The notes beneath the pieces were generated by a model that was not told the DNA's origin, searched no databases, and saw nothing but the letters and a program-made list of their open reading frames with translations. From a virus (lineage: Duplodnaviria > Caudoviricetes), in the IMG/VR virus record IMGVR_UViG_3300043296_000058, positions 1-33,773 of that record: a DNA stretch of 33,773 nt; one strand, given 5' to 3'. This document shows positions 21,853-32,244 of this stretch, piece after piece. The position numbers and the translations under genes were made by a program. How positions within the stretch are numbered: position 1 is the stretch's first letter; each line of letters begins with the position of its first letter.

Positions 21853-24127
21853 TTTTATTTTCCTTATCTAATTCTCTAATTTCTAAAAATGCTAATGTTC
21901 TAGCGGCTTTCTCTAATGCGCTTCTGCTCATAGTAGGGTTACTTGCTTTTAATTCAACTAGTTTACTGTTGGTTATTTGGCTTAATACCTTTTTACGTTG
22001 CGCTAATTCTTTGCCTTTTTTTGAGCCTGCAACAATTAGAGAGCCAATATTAAACTGACCTAACCCTGCAAAATTACCTAGTCGTTCAGTCATGTTTAAC
22101 AGTTTCGTAAATGTTCCGCTAGGGTTTGTTGTTCCTGGTGGTGGTATCGTAGCCGTTCCGATTGTGTCTTGTAGTCGCTTAAGTTCAGCAAATTGTTTCT
22201 TGCCTAATAGTTCTTGTAATGCTTCAGGCTTGTATTTTTTAATAGCAGAATTTAATCTAGCTCCTGAAATTTCAAGTGTGTCTTTATTTATTGCTTGTGC
22301 AAATATATCTCCAATAGCTTCAGCCTGAATTGATCGCCAAGCTTTTTTGCTTTGCTTTGTTGGGTTCTCTAGTAAAAGTTGCTTAACCTTTCTAATATTG
22401 GTTACTGCTTTATCACCTTTTACTATTTTATTAATAACAGTTTCAGGATCAACGATAGGTGTTCTAGTTCCTTTTTTAAATCCGACTAAATCCTGAATAA
22501 CATCTTTTGCTTTAAATTTAGCTATTTGATCACTCGCCGCTTCTCTCGCGGTTTTAAATGCCACTGTTCGTCCTGACTCTGCGCCAGCATCTATAATTTC
22601 TTTTACTTGGCCATCTAGCGAAGCAACAACCAATTTAGCGCTACCTGTTTGATCAGCGCCTACTGCTTTGTTTAATGCCTTTCTGAAATCTTCAGCGTTA
22701 CTCAATGTTAACGGAGTAACATCGCCGGTTATCGTTATAACATCTCCGCCATCAGTAACTTTAAATTTATTTCTTGAAGATTTTTCAACACTATCACCAA
22801 TCAAGCCAAACTTAGCTAAGGCGGTATTAATTGACTTTTCAACTTCTGGAGTTATTGGTCTATTAACAATTATTTCATCAGCAACTTCAACGATAGAAGA
22901 ATTATTAAGCGGTACAGCTTCACCAGTAGATTCACCGGCTTGTTTATATAGCTCTGAAACTTCTTTACGACCTAACTCTTGTATATCTTTTAATTCTTCC
23001 TGTATGATCGCGCCTTTATCTCTAGCGGTAATATCTGCAATATCGCCTTGTGCCTCTCTTAACCTTGAAGAGCCACCGAATTTATTAGTAAAATCATCGG
23101 CGGCTTGCTTTAATTGTACTTGTTGTTTTTCTTTGAATTGTCTTGCGACCTCTCCTTCTGGTGATACTGATTTTAATAGTGTTTGCTCAGCCTCAGCAGA
23201 GCCAAAGTCTTTTAATGCTTCAGCTCTTGTTAATTGAACTCCTTGAGACTCTGCCTGTTTAATTCTTTGTGCAGCTTCAGGGGTTAAGTCTTTTTGTGTT
23301 GCTTTAGTTAGTTTTTCGCCTACTGTTTTTTTATCTGAAAATTTACGGCTTGTGAATCCCTGTGGTTCGAATGATTTTAATACTTGATCAGGATCAACGT
23401 TTACATCTTTTTTCAATACGTCTCTAATGCTTCGACCTGTAGCTTTTGCCACTTCGAAAGCTTTATCAAGCAATCCGGCGGTAACGGTATCAATAGCAAC
23501 CTGTGAAGCGTCAAACTCGCCGCCAGATAACTCTTGTAAAGCTTCAATGCCCGCACTAGTAACGCCAGCAGCCCCACCAACCTTTAAAGCGCCTGCAACA
23601 CGACCAGCAGGCGTGAACGCCGCCGCAATACCTAAGCCTTGCATTATGTCTATTTGACTAATGCCTGGCTTGTTAAGGGCGACACTTGCACCGGTAGTAT
23701 TGTTCCTTGCAAATAAATTACCTTTCTTATCGGAAGTTACGCCAATATTAGGAAAGTTAGAGCTTAAAATCTGCCCCATCTCTTCAGGGTTTGTTGCGGT
23801 TAATAATGAAGGGGTGATGGCTGCGGCTTTCGCCTTATCTTCACCAAACAATAACCCACCTTGACCAATTTCAGGTAAATCGCGCGTAGCTTGTGTTTCT
23901 CTGTCGCTACCGGTAAAGAATTCGCCTACTGACTGGAGGAAGCCTGTTTCTTTTCCTTGCCCGACAGGTGAACCAATAGGTTGACTATCGCTAGGTATAT
24001 CAGCAGGGATATTAATATCGACATCTTGCAATCCTTTTATTTTTGACGCGAATAGATTTGCCGCCACTGTATCACCGGCAGCATCGGCCTTTATCAGTGC
24101 ATCTCTTAACTGTTGCTCAGTAGCCAT
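21842..24127 (-). CDS. Large DNA-ejection protein (P22 gp16 position)
   Basis: About 761 aa, Ala/Gly/Gln-rich and helical; MATEQQLRDALIKADAAGD start; synteny. Confidence 0.75.
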   Translation of the reverse strand: MATEQQLRDALIKADAAGDTVAANLFASKIKGLQDVDINIPADIPSDSQPIGSPVGQGKETGFLQSVGEFFTGSDRETQATRDLPEIGQGGLLFGEDKAKAAAITPSLLTATNPEEMGQILSSNFPNIGVTSDKKGNLFARNNTTGASVALNKPGISQIDIMQGLGIAAAFTPAGRVAGALKVGGAAGVTSAGIEALQELSGGEFDASQVAIDTVTAGLLDKAFEVAKATGRSIRDVLKKDVNVDPDQVLKSFEPQGFTSRKFSDKKTVGEKLTKATQKDLTPEAAQRIKQAESQGVQLTRAEALKDFGSAEAEQTLLKSVSPEGEVARQFKEKQQVQLKQAADDFTNKFGGSSRLREAQGDIADITARDKGAIIQEELKDIQELGRKEVSELYKQAGESTGEAVPLNNSSIVEVADEIIVNRPITPEVEKSINTALAKFGLIGDSVEKSSRNKFKVTDGGDVITITGDVTPLTLSNAEDFRKALNKAVGADQTGSAKLVVASLDGQVKEIIDAGAESGRTVAFKTAREAASDQIAKFKAKDVIQDLVGFKKGTRTPIVDPETVINKIVKGDKAVTNIRKVKQLLLENPTKQSKKAWRSIQAEAIGDIFAQAINKDTLEISGARLNSAIKKYKPEALQELLGKKQFAELKRLQDTIGTATIPPPGTTNPSGTFTKLLNMTERLGNFAGLGQFNIGSLIVAGSKKGKELAQRKKVLSQITNSKLVELKASNPTMSRSALEKAARTLAFLEIRELDKENKNVQ

Positions 24128-24128
24128 A

Positions 24129-25286
24129 TTAAAGCCCATACTTAGCTAAAATTTTAGCTTCATCATCTTGTGTTTTTGCCGCTTCTTTTTCTTGTTTCGC
24201 TATAAAGTCAGCAATCGTATTGCCTGGAGTGCCCAAGAATGAAGCTGCTTTTCTCAACTCGTTAGCTAGCTTGGTTTGAGTGTCTTTTTTTCTAATTAAC
24301 CATGCTTTCAAAGCTTTTGGCTCTAGGTTGTCAGGCAATGCAACATTAAGCGCGAAAGCTAATTCACTTTCACTTAACGCGCCAAAGGTGGTAGCTCCGA
24401 CAACATCTAAGCCCATTCGGCCTCTGACATTATCAAGTTCAATTGACGCCTGCCTAAAGCTTGGCAGCTTCGAAATTATTGGCCCTGTTTCTGCTCCATT
24501 GTCTAATGCTTTTACTGCATCGCCTATGTTGGCAATTGTGAGCCTAACACCTTTTAAGCTATCGAATGCTTCTTTTGATGCGGTAGCCGCCTGCCTAACT
24601 AAAGCCTTGCCAGATTCTTTCTTGACTTCTATATCAGCTAATTCTTGTGGCGTCTCTCTATCAAAGCCAGATTGACGACCAAACTGTTCTGCTAATTGAA
24701 TATCAATAGGATCTTGTGTTTTTAATGCACGCTCATTTAATTGTTTAAATGTTTTAAAGTCTTGTTGTGATGAAGTTGGTTTAACCTTACTAGCTTCTGA
24801 AGCCTTTAAAAATCCAGACTGTACACCAGATTGAATAGCCTGCCCAACTAAAGCATTGCCGCCTTCAATATCGCCAGACTTATATAAATCTAATAGCTCT
24901 TGAGTGTCGCTTGTGTTTGTTACTCCTTGGCTTGGTAAGTCAGATGCTATTCTGTTTTCAAGGAAAGCAATTTTACCTTCCACTGTAGGAATACTTTGAA
25001 CCTCTTGAGCGCCACGAACAACAGATTTAAATCTATTCTCTTGCTGTGTAGCTATAAAGGTTTGTATTTTCTTCGCTGCCTCTGGATCAATACCAGATAA
25101 CTGCGTTAAAGCTTGTGGGTCACCTGTTGCCGCTTTACTAGATAAATCTTGTATTTGCTGCGCCTGCTGATTACCTAGCTTTTGTTGTTGTATTTGCCTA
25201 AACTGCTGACCAAGCTGAAGCCCTTGTTGAGCCGCTAATCCTGTATTAGGTTGTAATTGAAATTGATTTGCTGTGACTAACGGCAT
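24129..25286 (-). CDS. DNA-ejection protein (P22 gp20 position)
   Basis: Gln-rich N-terminus, FGALSESEL motif, synteny. Confidence 0.75.
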   Translation of the reverse strand: MPLVTANQFQLQPNTGLAAQQGLQLGQQFRQIQQQKLGNQQAQQIQDLSSKAATGDPQALTQLSGIDPEAAKKIQTFIATQQENRFKSVVRGAQEVQSIPTVEGKIAFLENRIASDLPSQGVTNTSDTQELLDLYKSGDIEGGNALVGQAIQSGVQSGFLKASEASKVKPTSSQQDFKTFKQLNERALKTQDPIDIQLAEQFGRQSGFDRETPQELADIEVKKESGKALVRQAATASKEAFDSLKGVRLTIANIGDAVKALDNGAETGPIISKLPSFRQASIELDNVRGRMGLDVVGATTFGALSESELAFALNVALPDNLEPKALKAWLIRKKDTQTKLANELRKAASFLGTPGNTIADFIAKQEKEAAKTQDDEAKILAKYGL

Positions 25287-25287
25287 G

Positions 25288-26163
25288 TTAAACCCCTATC
25301 GTATGGTAATTTACTTTCATGTAACCGTCGACAATACTAACTGCTTCAGGGCTTTTTATCATAACTTCGTTAGCCATAACACCGCGGTCATTACCAGTTA
25401 AGCCAATTGACTCTGCCAATTTATTCCAAGTCCATGACCAGATTGTATGACCGTTTTTCTCACCTATAATCTTTTTATTTGTTTTTAGTTTAGGGTCTGA
25501 AAAGAAACTTAATGCGGCAAATCCTGTCTGTTGTAATTGTTGCTGTTGTTGTGCTGCTGCTTGCTGTTGACCAAGTATTCCAGACGCTCTAGCTTGTCCA
25601 GAAACATTAAGTCCTTGCTGTATATTGTTAGCGGTATTTTGCCCAAACTGACCTACGTTAGTTGTAGCTGACAGTCCTTGCCCTGCTAATTGGCCTAAGC
25701 GACCAAATTGATTTTGGAAGTCTTGCTGTGCAAATCCAACTCCTTGCTGAACTAAAGCAGAGCGAACATTACCACCACCTAGACCACCAATAGCGGCAGA
25801 ATTGCGTAAAAGGTTCTTTTGTGCTCTGTCGCGTAAAAATTGTTGCCCTGGAGATTGATTGAATTGATCGAATGCTGACTGTTGCGCGCCTGCACCACTC
25901 AAGCCTAATAAAGCTTGTTGCTGCCCAATAGCTCCAACACCAGCTTCTTGAAATGGCCTAAAACTCTCTTGGGTTATATCAAATTGTCGGCGTTGCTCAG
26001 CTATACCAGCAAACGCCGCTTCTTCTTGCTCTTTAGCTGCATTTTTAGCTGCTTCTTTCGCTTGCTTCCCTGAGTGCGTACCAGCAAGATCGGCTGGGTC
26101 TAATAGTGATGTCAGTGTGCCTGGTGCCACCGCCCCTAATCCGTTATCTCTTAAAAAGCCCAT
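25288..26163 (-). CDS. DNA-ejection protein (P22 gp7-like) with C-terminal S74 chaperone-like domain
   Basis: RQFD.TQ....PF.EAG..A...SPG.QF...SAA..GGL.GGN; C-terminal FSD.KLK.N...W.W...GVMA.EV...PEAV...GY..VNY. Confidence 0.85.
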   Translation of the reverse strand: MGFLRDNGLGAVAPGTLTSLLDPADLAGTHSGKQAKEAAKNAAKEQEEAAFAGIAEQRRQFDITQESFRPFQEAGVGAIGQQQALLGLSGAGAQQSAFDQFNQSPGQQFLRDRAQKNLLRNSAAIGGLGGGNVRSALVQQGVGFAQQDFQNQFGRLGQLAGQGLSATTNVGQFGQNTANNIQQGLNVSGQARASGILGQQQAAAQQQQQLQQTGFAALSFFSDPKLKTNKKIIGEKNGHTIWSWTWNKLAESIGLTGNDRGVMANEVMIKSPEAVSIVDGYMKVNYHTIGV

Positions 26164-26594
26164 TATTTCAACCTCAGTATATTGTCATTGTATGACTGGC
26201 CATTCTTAATATAAGTATTCTCTGTGGTTTTTATAACCTCAAAACCAAACAAGAACGAAAACTCTAAAACATTTTTGTACAAATCAGGAATTACAGCGTA
26301 AAGGGGTAAACTACCCCGAAACAATAGTGACTTTAGCCCAAACTTCAGAGCGTATTCCTTTCTAAATTGTGGTAATACTTGTACATGACACGCATTTCCG
26401 TCTAAATACTTATGATAAACCATCAAGGCCACTATCTTGCTACCAATGTAACCACCGACATATAAATGATTTTCTAATGGTGGCTCAAAACATTCAATTA
26501 AAGGACTGTCATCATCTGTGATTGTACTGTAAATGTCAGGGTCACATAAAACGGTTTTGATGTCCTTTAAATTAGTTGTTTCTTTTACTATCAT
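26163..26594 (-). CDS. P22 gp14-like (DUF2824, GNAT-like fold) assembly protein
   Basis: L.DP.IY..I.DD...CHVQVLP.FR...A.IP..Y.NV..F...FGF; located before gp7. Confidence 0.7.
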   Translation of the reverse strand: MIVKETTNLKDIKTVLCDPDIYSTITDDDSPLIECFEPPLENHLYVGGYIGSKIVALMVYHKYLDGNACHVQVLPQFRKEYALKFGLKSLLFRGSLPLYAVIPDLYKNVLEFSFLFGFEVIKTTENTYIKNGQSYNDNILRLK

Positions 26595-26609
26595 TGGTCA
26601 ATTCTACCA
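26595..26609 (-). promoter_or_regulatory. Putative extended -10 promoter giving a leaderless mRNA
   Basis: TGG-TAGAAT-TGACCA-ATG, with no SD before ATG 26594. Confidence 0.5.
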
Positions 26610-26626
26610 AATTTTAGCCTATTCCG

Positions 26627-26974
26627 CTAACTTATGATTTCAGTAACCGTGCCTGTTGCGCTAATCGCATCATTTGCACTTGCTTTGGCTTGCATTGTCC
26701 CGCCAACCAAGATGGTCTGACCGATTATCGCAGAGGCTAAGTCATTAGAATTCGCACGAATATCTTTGTCTGTTATTAGTTCATTTAATACGGTTGCCGT
26801 TCCTGACTGAACTATTCTTACGCTAAATGATGCGTTTGACGCCGTGTAATTATTAAACACCGCCGCATCAATGCCTGTTCTTAGTACATCGCTTTCAGTA
26901 GCAACATAAATAGTCTGCCATGCTGTTGTTAGGTTAAAAGCGCTAAACGCTGATGTCAGTGGTCTACTAGCCAT
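26627..26974 (-). CDS. Putative virion structural beta-sandwich protein
   Basis: Start at ATG 26974 (MASRPLT...) with GGAGG RBS; within the tail operon. Confidence 0.7.
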   Translation of the reverse strand: MASRPLTSAFSAFNLTTAWQTIYVATESDVLRTGIDAAVFNNYTASNASFSVRIVQSGTATVLNELITDKDIRANSNDLASAIIGQTILVGGTMQAKASANDAISATGTVTEIIS

Positions 26975-28203
26975 TAGAATTCCTCCCTCCAATTTATTTG
27001 TATTGACATATCTCCTCCACCGCCAGCAGGAGCATCAACGGCAAATGTAACCTCATCACCAGCATAAAGACTAAAACCTTCTACTTTTGTGTTGGCCCTT
27101 AGTGACTGCCTTAATACGAGGGCAACGTCATTAGGTGGTAAGTCCTCTGTTATTGTCGCGGCGGTTATTGATGTTTGCATCGTTGATTCTGCTGTGTTTA
27201 CATCAGCGTAAATCAAAGGGGTACTTGGTGTTATTTGGCTGGGCGAATAAGCTTTAAATATAACGTCTTTATTTCCTGAGTTTGCAGAAACAATAATTTC
27301 AACTTTTGATCTAACGTGATTACTTTTACCTTGGTATGTAGCTCTTGGTTTTAGTGACAACAAGTGAGTTATAGTATTTGCCGCAGCAGCCAAGTTAACA
27401 TTAAAAGCCGCAAACCTTCTGTTAGATACATCATCATCCCTAGACTCTCCGATGACACCAGCCCTAATAGAGCTTGTCTGTATGTGAATGTTGGAGCCTG
27501 TTCCTGATGTTCTGCCAACCTCAAAGGACACGGGCAGCGATGGGTTTTCAATGTGCGGGGAATCTTGAGTATTAGCAAGGTCTATAACGTGCATTAATAC
27601 CCAGCCCAATTCGTGACCAGCATACACAGAAAAATAGGCAGGAGCTATGCCCAACCAACCAAATGATATTTTATAAATATTGTACCTTTCTGGATTTAAA
27701 ACAAACCCGCTAACTCCTGTTCCATCAACCTTATCTTGATTGAAAGATGATTGTGGTATCGGCGTTTCTGAACCACCGCTTAACATAAAAACGCTAAAGA
27801 CAGTGTCTTTGTACCCCAAATAAAAACCATCAGAACCGTTAAATATACCATAATGCTGAAATGTATTTACCTCTGGCGATGTAAAGTCAGAAGTGAACAT
27901 GGTCAAACATTCATGGCCTGGCCTGTACCTTACCGAGTCCCTAGTTGATAATTTTGCTGATCCAACACCTGTGCCGCTTTCAACTGATGCCATGTTAGTT
28001 ATGTGACTAACAGAACCTGTGCCAGTTAAATCACCAAGTGGGTTTTTTATATCGAACCCTGATATTGAATACTGAAACTGTACATTTATATTGTCAGATC
28101 TTTGCCCGACAGTTAATTCTCCAAACATGGTATTCATGGCTTTTTTATTTTCAAAGTCATTTAGTTGCGCATTTATAGTTTCAGGAAAAACGTTGTTACT
28201 CAT
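26974..28203 (-). CDS. Putative virion accessory protein (beta-rich, 409 aa)
   Basis: RYRPG...G.F...DGFY.G...IPQS.FN.DK.DGTG.SG..LNP...NIY.I.FGWLG pattern, familiar from aquatic phage virion proteins. Confidence 0.65.
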   Translation of the reverse strand: MSNNVFPETINAQLNDFENKKAMNTMFGELTVGQRSDNINVQFQYSISGFDIKNPLGDLTGTGSVSHITNMASVESGTGVGSAKLSTRDSVRYRPGHECLTMFTSDFTSPEVNTFQHYGIFNGSDGFYLGYKDTVFSVFMLSGGSETPIPQSSFNQDKVDGTGVSGFVLNPERYNIYKISFGWLGIAPAYFSVYAGHELGWVLMHVIDLANTQDSPHIENPSLPVSFEVGRTSGTGSNIHIQTSSIRAGVIGESRDDDVSNRRFAAFNVNLAAAANTITHLLSLKPRATYQGKSNHVRSKVEIIVSANSGNKDVIFKAYSPSQITPSTPLIYADVNTAESTMQTSITAATITEDLPPNDVALVLRQSLRANTKVEGFSLYAGDEVTFAVDAPAGGGGDMSIQINWREEF

Positions 28204-28664
28204 TAAATTTCACTCCAATCAGTACCATCAAATATTAAGTGCATACTGTAATTTAAAATATTTATTGTTTTATTGGTGAGCCCATCAATAGAACCTATAA
28301 CCTCTATTGATTCGCCTCTTCTTTTTATGTGTACTTCATCATCTTCTACCGCTTGAGGATCTAGAGGTATCGTGATGGCAGAAGTGTTTTTGCAAATAAT
28401 CACCTGAAATGCGGCGGTAGTTACACCAACAGTAGTTTTAATTATTTCAAATTCTTTTAATTCTATTGAGTTAATCCTCGTTGCGTTCCTACTTACTCTT
28501 GAGCCTGTGCTTGTTAACTCTTGCTCGGTAGTCTCAACAATAATAGACGTACTATTTGTTTGCCCTGTAACGGACTCAATCCACCTTATAAAGCGATGGG
28601 TGGGATCTCCATTTTCATCAAAAAAATCCTCCCTCCGTCTTGGGACTACTATATTTTCTGCCAT
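28203..28664 (-). CDS. Putative tail needle or short fibre protein (gp26 position)
   Basis: Short coiled coil followed by a small beta domain; follows gp10. Confidence 0.55.
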   Translation of the reverse strand: MAENIVVPRRREDFFDENGDPTHRFIRWIESVTGQTNSTSIIVETTEQELTSTGSRVSRNATRINSIELKEFEIIKTTVGVTTAAFQVIICKNTSAITIPLDPQAVEDDEVHIKRRGESIEVIGSIDGLTNKTINILNYSMHLIFDGTDWSEI

Positions 28665-30118
28665 TAGCTAACACCTAATGATGGGGTAGCTGATATTTTA
28701 ATTAAATTAGCATTTATTGGATCAGTTACCGTGAAGCGAATAGTTCTAAATTTAGGTATTTGCCCTTGTCTACGCCAAACTGTTTCATGCCCGAACTCGC
28801 CAATTTTACCAATAAATCGACTAAACTCATTTGAAAAAGTACGGTTATTATCTGAAAAGTCCATTCTTACAACAGGGTTGGAGCCTTGACCAATAGTTAA
28901 ACCAGTGCCGGCTTGAAAAGTAGCTTCTATTTCTCCTGCAAACACATCAACATCATCAGCAGAAAAAGGTTGCGTTGCCGCCTGCCTTAAAATAGTTTCG
29001 CCATATTCAGTGTAAACGTTATCAACTATTTCACCTATTCGACCGTCGATAGAATCACCGCAATATAAGCGCCCGTAAGCCTTGGTAATTGAATTGACGC
29101 GCCAAACGTTATCGGTTACGCCTGTTTGAAATTCAAACCATACAGGAGAGCCTGACAAAGCAGAAGCTGTGCCGTTATATACAAATGTTTTACCTGGTAT
29201 TCTATTCGAGTTAAAAGAAAATACAGCGAAAAACTGACCCTTTTTAGAGAAGGTCATTGTAAATGCTTGCGCTATTTCATCTTCGTTAAATTTTTGTATC
29301 TCGTTATCTATTGCATCAGATGAAATTTTAGTAGCTGAAGCGCTAGAAGTTTGACGCCATATAGCAGTTAATTCATTCTCGCCACCACCTATAAACATAT
29401 AAGTATTGTCGAACTTAATCACACCGTACTTAGTGTGAGCACCTTTTTGTGTGAATGCGCCTGGTATAATTTGCAAAGGAAATCCCACACCGCCAACGTT
29501 ACGAAATACCTCGGTTGTTTTAGAACCGATAATTGAAAGCTCGTCGTGGTCAACTTCCTGTGTAATTATTCTGTCAGGGTCACCCTCTGCGCTTCCGAAA
29601 TCTAAAGCATCAAAGGTTAATGGTTGATTAAGATTGGAAACAAATAACTGCTTACCATCAGTTGTGGTGAATACAAAAAAGCCACGGTAAAACTTAACGC
29701 TATCAGAAAGCTGAAAGTCCGGATCGGTTACTTGCGTTAACACATCAGTTTCGTTATTGAATGCGTAAGCGTCACCGCCAGGCACCACAATAACTAAGTT
29801 AGTGCCATTATCTGCCATTGATACGCGTACAGTGCCGGTAATGGTGCCGTGAGTGTTGATTGTATTATCTTCATTTAATGATATTAACGTGTTGCCGACT
29901 ACAAAATATGGTACACCTTTCATTGTGTGAGAGCCACGACCAGCACCGAAGCCAGTTTGTATTTTTAGCTCAACACCTGATGGTTGTAAAAGCGCATTAG
30001 GATTTAACGCGGATTTCTCCAACACTACGGGTATCCAGTTAATACAACGCTGAATTGATAGGGTAGGACTTTGGGCTTGATAAAAGCCTATTGGTACTGG
30101 TACGGGAGTTCTTGGCAT
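28664..30118 (-). CDS. Tail hub / packaged-DNA stabilisation protein, P22 gp10 family
   Basis: Q.CINWIP, VSMADNG..LVIV, F.SAEGDPD, G..T.EVF, G..GE.....WRR.G. Confidence 0.9.
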   Translation of the reverse strand: MPRTPVPVPIGFYQAQSPTLSIQRCINWIPVVLEKSALNPNALLQPSGVELKIQTGFGAGRGSHTMKGVPYFVVGNTLISLNEDNTINTHGTITGTVRVSMADNGTNLVIVVPGGDAYAFNNETDVLTQVTDPDFQLSDSVKFYRGFFVFTTTDGKQLFVSNLNQPLTFDALDFGSAEGDPDRIITQEVDHDELSIIGSKTTEVFRNVGGVGFPLQIIPGAFTQKGAHTKYGVIKFDNTYMFIGGGENELTAIWRQTSSASATKISSDAIDNEIQKFNEDEIAQAFTMTFSKKGQFFAVFSFNSNRIPGKTFVYNGTASALSGSPVWFEFQTGVTDNVWRVNSITKAYGRLYCGDSIDGRIGEIVDNVYTEYGETILRQAATQPFSADDVDVFAGEIEATFQAGTGLTIGQGSNPVVRMDFSDNNRTFSNEFSRFIGKIGEFGHETVWRRQGQIPKFRTIRFTVTDPINANLIKISATPSLGVS

Positions 30119-30555
30119 TAGAAGTTCTCGTCTTTGTTATTACTAAAGAATCGTCTATCAGTATCAAAGTCACAGCCTTGATTGCCTGAGCCGAGAGGAA
30201 GTGTGTCAGGATAAGCAACCTCGCCAATAAAAATATTTGCGTTGATCAATATATCTAAAGAGTTTTGAGCTTTACCAGCTAAACCTGGCGATATAGCGCG
30301 ATTGAATGGCACGGCAAGTTCAATAGCTAGGTTTGATTTAACCGCCCTAACCACACTGGCTTCAATACCTAAATCATCATCGCCGTTAAGTACAGGGCTA
30401 TAACCTACTATGTAGCCGATATCATCCCAACTAGATAATAGGTCATTACAGCGCCTAATGCCTGCTTGTAATTCATCAGGTTGAAGCGCTTGTTCAGCTA
30501 CCTTTACGTCTATTTCTTCAAAAGCATCGTTAACAACTTCTAGCATGGTAGTCAT
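30118..30555 (-). CDS. Head-tail adaptor, P22 gp4 family
   Basis: V..AFEEI...L.P.E.Q.G...N.L...W...NLA.ELA...YP.TLP.GSGN. Confidence 0.9.
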   Translation of the reverse strand: MTTMLEVVNDAFEEIDVKVAEQALQPDELQAGIRRCNDLLSSWDDIGYIVGYSPVLNGDDDLGIEASVVRAVKSNLAIELAVPFNRAISPGLAGKAQNSLDILINANIFIGEVAYPDTLPLGSGNQGCDFDTDRRFFSNNKDENF

Positions 30556-30557
30556 GA

Positions 30558-30902
30558 TTAGCCCTTAATTAGTTTTTTAACTTGCTTGCGTAATGTGCCA
30601 ACTCTTTTGCGCCTATCTAACTCAATATTAAAGTGTTCACGAGCAAACATTTCTAATTGCTCTTTATCTAAAACATCAATATTCAATTCACCGTTGATGC
30701 GATCAGCAACACCTTCAATAGCTTCACCTAATGCCTGAACCTTTTCTTTGTCTTTAGGGTCTACGCCGAAGTCAGTAGTTTTTACAAAGCACGATGGGGA
30801 GTCAGCCCAACCTTTTTCTTTGTAGCTCTCAAATTCATCAGAGTTAATAATTTTTGCTTCTTCCGTTTTATGGTAAATCCACGTTCTGTATATATTCGCC
30901 AT
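30558..30902 (-). CDS. Hypothetical protein after the coat gene with a C-terminal short helical (HeH-like) motif
   Basis: WIYH...GW.DSP N-terminus; DKEQLEMFAREHFNIELDRRK C-terminus. Confidence 0.7.
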   Translation of the reverse strand: MANIYRTWIYHKTEEAKIINSDEFESYKEKGWADSPSCFVKTTDFGVDPKDKEKVQALGEAIEGVADRINGELNIDVLDKEQLEMFAREHFNIELDRRKRVGTLRKQVKKLIKG

Positions 30903-30928
30903 TATTTAGCCCTTTTGATTAATAATTC

Positions 30929-30937
30929 AGTATAACA
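30929..30937 (-). promoter_or_regulatory. Putative extended -10 promoter re-initiating after the coat terminator
   Basis: TGT-TATACT about 27 nt upstream of ATG 30902. Confidence 0.45.
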
Positions 30938-30953
30938 TTAAATAGGCAGAAAT

Positions 30954-30983
30954 AAAAAAGGCCACCGATTAAGTGACCTTTTC
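30954..30983 (-). terminator. Intrinsic terminator after the coat gene
   Basis: GAAAAGGTCAC-TTAATCG-GTGGCCTTTTTT. Confidence 0.85.
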
Positions 30984-30999
30984 AAAACTCTATACTGGA

Positions 31000-32223
31000 T
31001 TATGAAGTTGTACGAACCGCAAAATCAGGATTCTGAGCCTTGACGCCAAACAGAATATCAAAACGATAAACTGTTTCATCTGTTGTGATGTTGTATTGAC
31101 GTACTGCACGTATAGAAATATTACCGAAGCTTTCGCGACTAGCGCTAGCGCCATCAGTAGGTAAATCTAAAGGAGCCATTGCAAGTGTAATGGCATTTTG
31201 ATGGAATGCTAAGTTTTGCTTGTGCTCTGAAGCTGCCGCACCAGTTTTAACAGTGATAACCGCATCGTTTGCCGGTGCCGCTGTTACTGTCTGGAATGGG
31301 CCACTTGTGATCATAGGTGGTGAAATCGTCAATGTAGCTGGGCCAGTAGATGCTCCCGAAGTTGCATCAGCGGTAACCACGAATGTTTGTAAATCACCCG
31401 TGTTTTTGCGTGTTTTACGGTTTACTGAGTTTACACCAGCAATCGTAATAACATCGCCTGCCAGCAACACATCAGTAACATCACTAGTCCAACCATTAGT
31501 TACTAATGATTGAGTCCATGAATCACCCGAAGCATCGTAGGTAACGTTTTGCGTTGCGCCATCTACTAACGGTGTACCACCATGAGCACCAACAGTATGA
31601 AGTGCTAACGATTGATTTTCAAACAATTCAAACTTACTGTACCGACCAATTGAAGCCTCTTCGATTGCTTTGGTTGCAATTTCAGTAGGGAATACACTTT
31701 GTAAACCGTTAGCCAATGCAAGACTCGCATCCTCATCGTAGAAAGCAGACCAGCGCACATCCATTGGAACGCCCAGTTTAGTAAGCACTTTAGCTGCGCC
31801 ACCAACTGCTAAAAATGTAGCAGGAGCAGTACCAGGGGTGCCGACAAAATTACCGATTTGCTTGTATACATCACCAATAGCGGTTTCGACTTGTTGCGCT
31901 AACTCAGCGGCAGCAGGACGAACATATCGAGCTGTAAAATCTTCAACTTTTAAAGTTAAATCTTGCGAGGTGATGGCAAAGCCAACATGCTTGCGCTGAT
32001 CTAACGTTACGGTTGCTGCTTTTTCTTCAACATCTTCTTTGACCAATGTCGCGCCATCAGTAGCGGTAAACATAATAGGACGACGAACTTCAATTGAAGC
32101 TCCGACCTTGCGGAATTGACTATCTAATTGACGATCAACCTTTGCACCCATTTGAAGGGAGTTCATAAATTCTTTTAACATAATACGAGTTACAAGACTC
32201 GTGTTCTTAAATGTGTTACTCAT
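31000..32223 (-). CDS. Major capsid protein, P22 coat (gp5) family
   Basis: N.L.....VDR..D..F.KVG.....RRP, L.....HV, Y..PA...LA, L.AGDV.TIAGV..VN, NLAFH..A..L, R.DIL.G. Confidence 0.95.
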   Translation of the reverse strand: MSNTFKNTSLVTRIMLKEFMNSLQMGAKVDRQLDSQFRKVGASIEVRRPIMFTATDGATLVKEDVEEKAATVTLDQRKHVGFAITSQDLTLKVEDFTARYVRPAAAELAQQVETAIGDVYKQIGNFVGTPGTAPATFLAVGGAAKVLTKLGVPMDVRWSAFYDEDASLALANGLQSVFPTEIATKAIEEASIGRYSKFELFENQSLALHTVGAHGGTPLVDGATQNVTYDASGDSWTQSLVTNGWTSDVTDVLLAGDVITIAGVNSVNRKTRKNTGDLQTFVVTADATSGASTGPATLTISPPMITSGPFQTVTAAPANDAVITVKTGAAASEHKQNLAFHQNAITLAMAPLDLPTDGASASRESFGNISIRAVRQYNITTDETVYRFDILFGVKAQNPDFAVRTTS

Positions 32224-32244
32224 TTTAGTTCCTTATAGCCCTGC

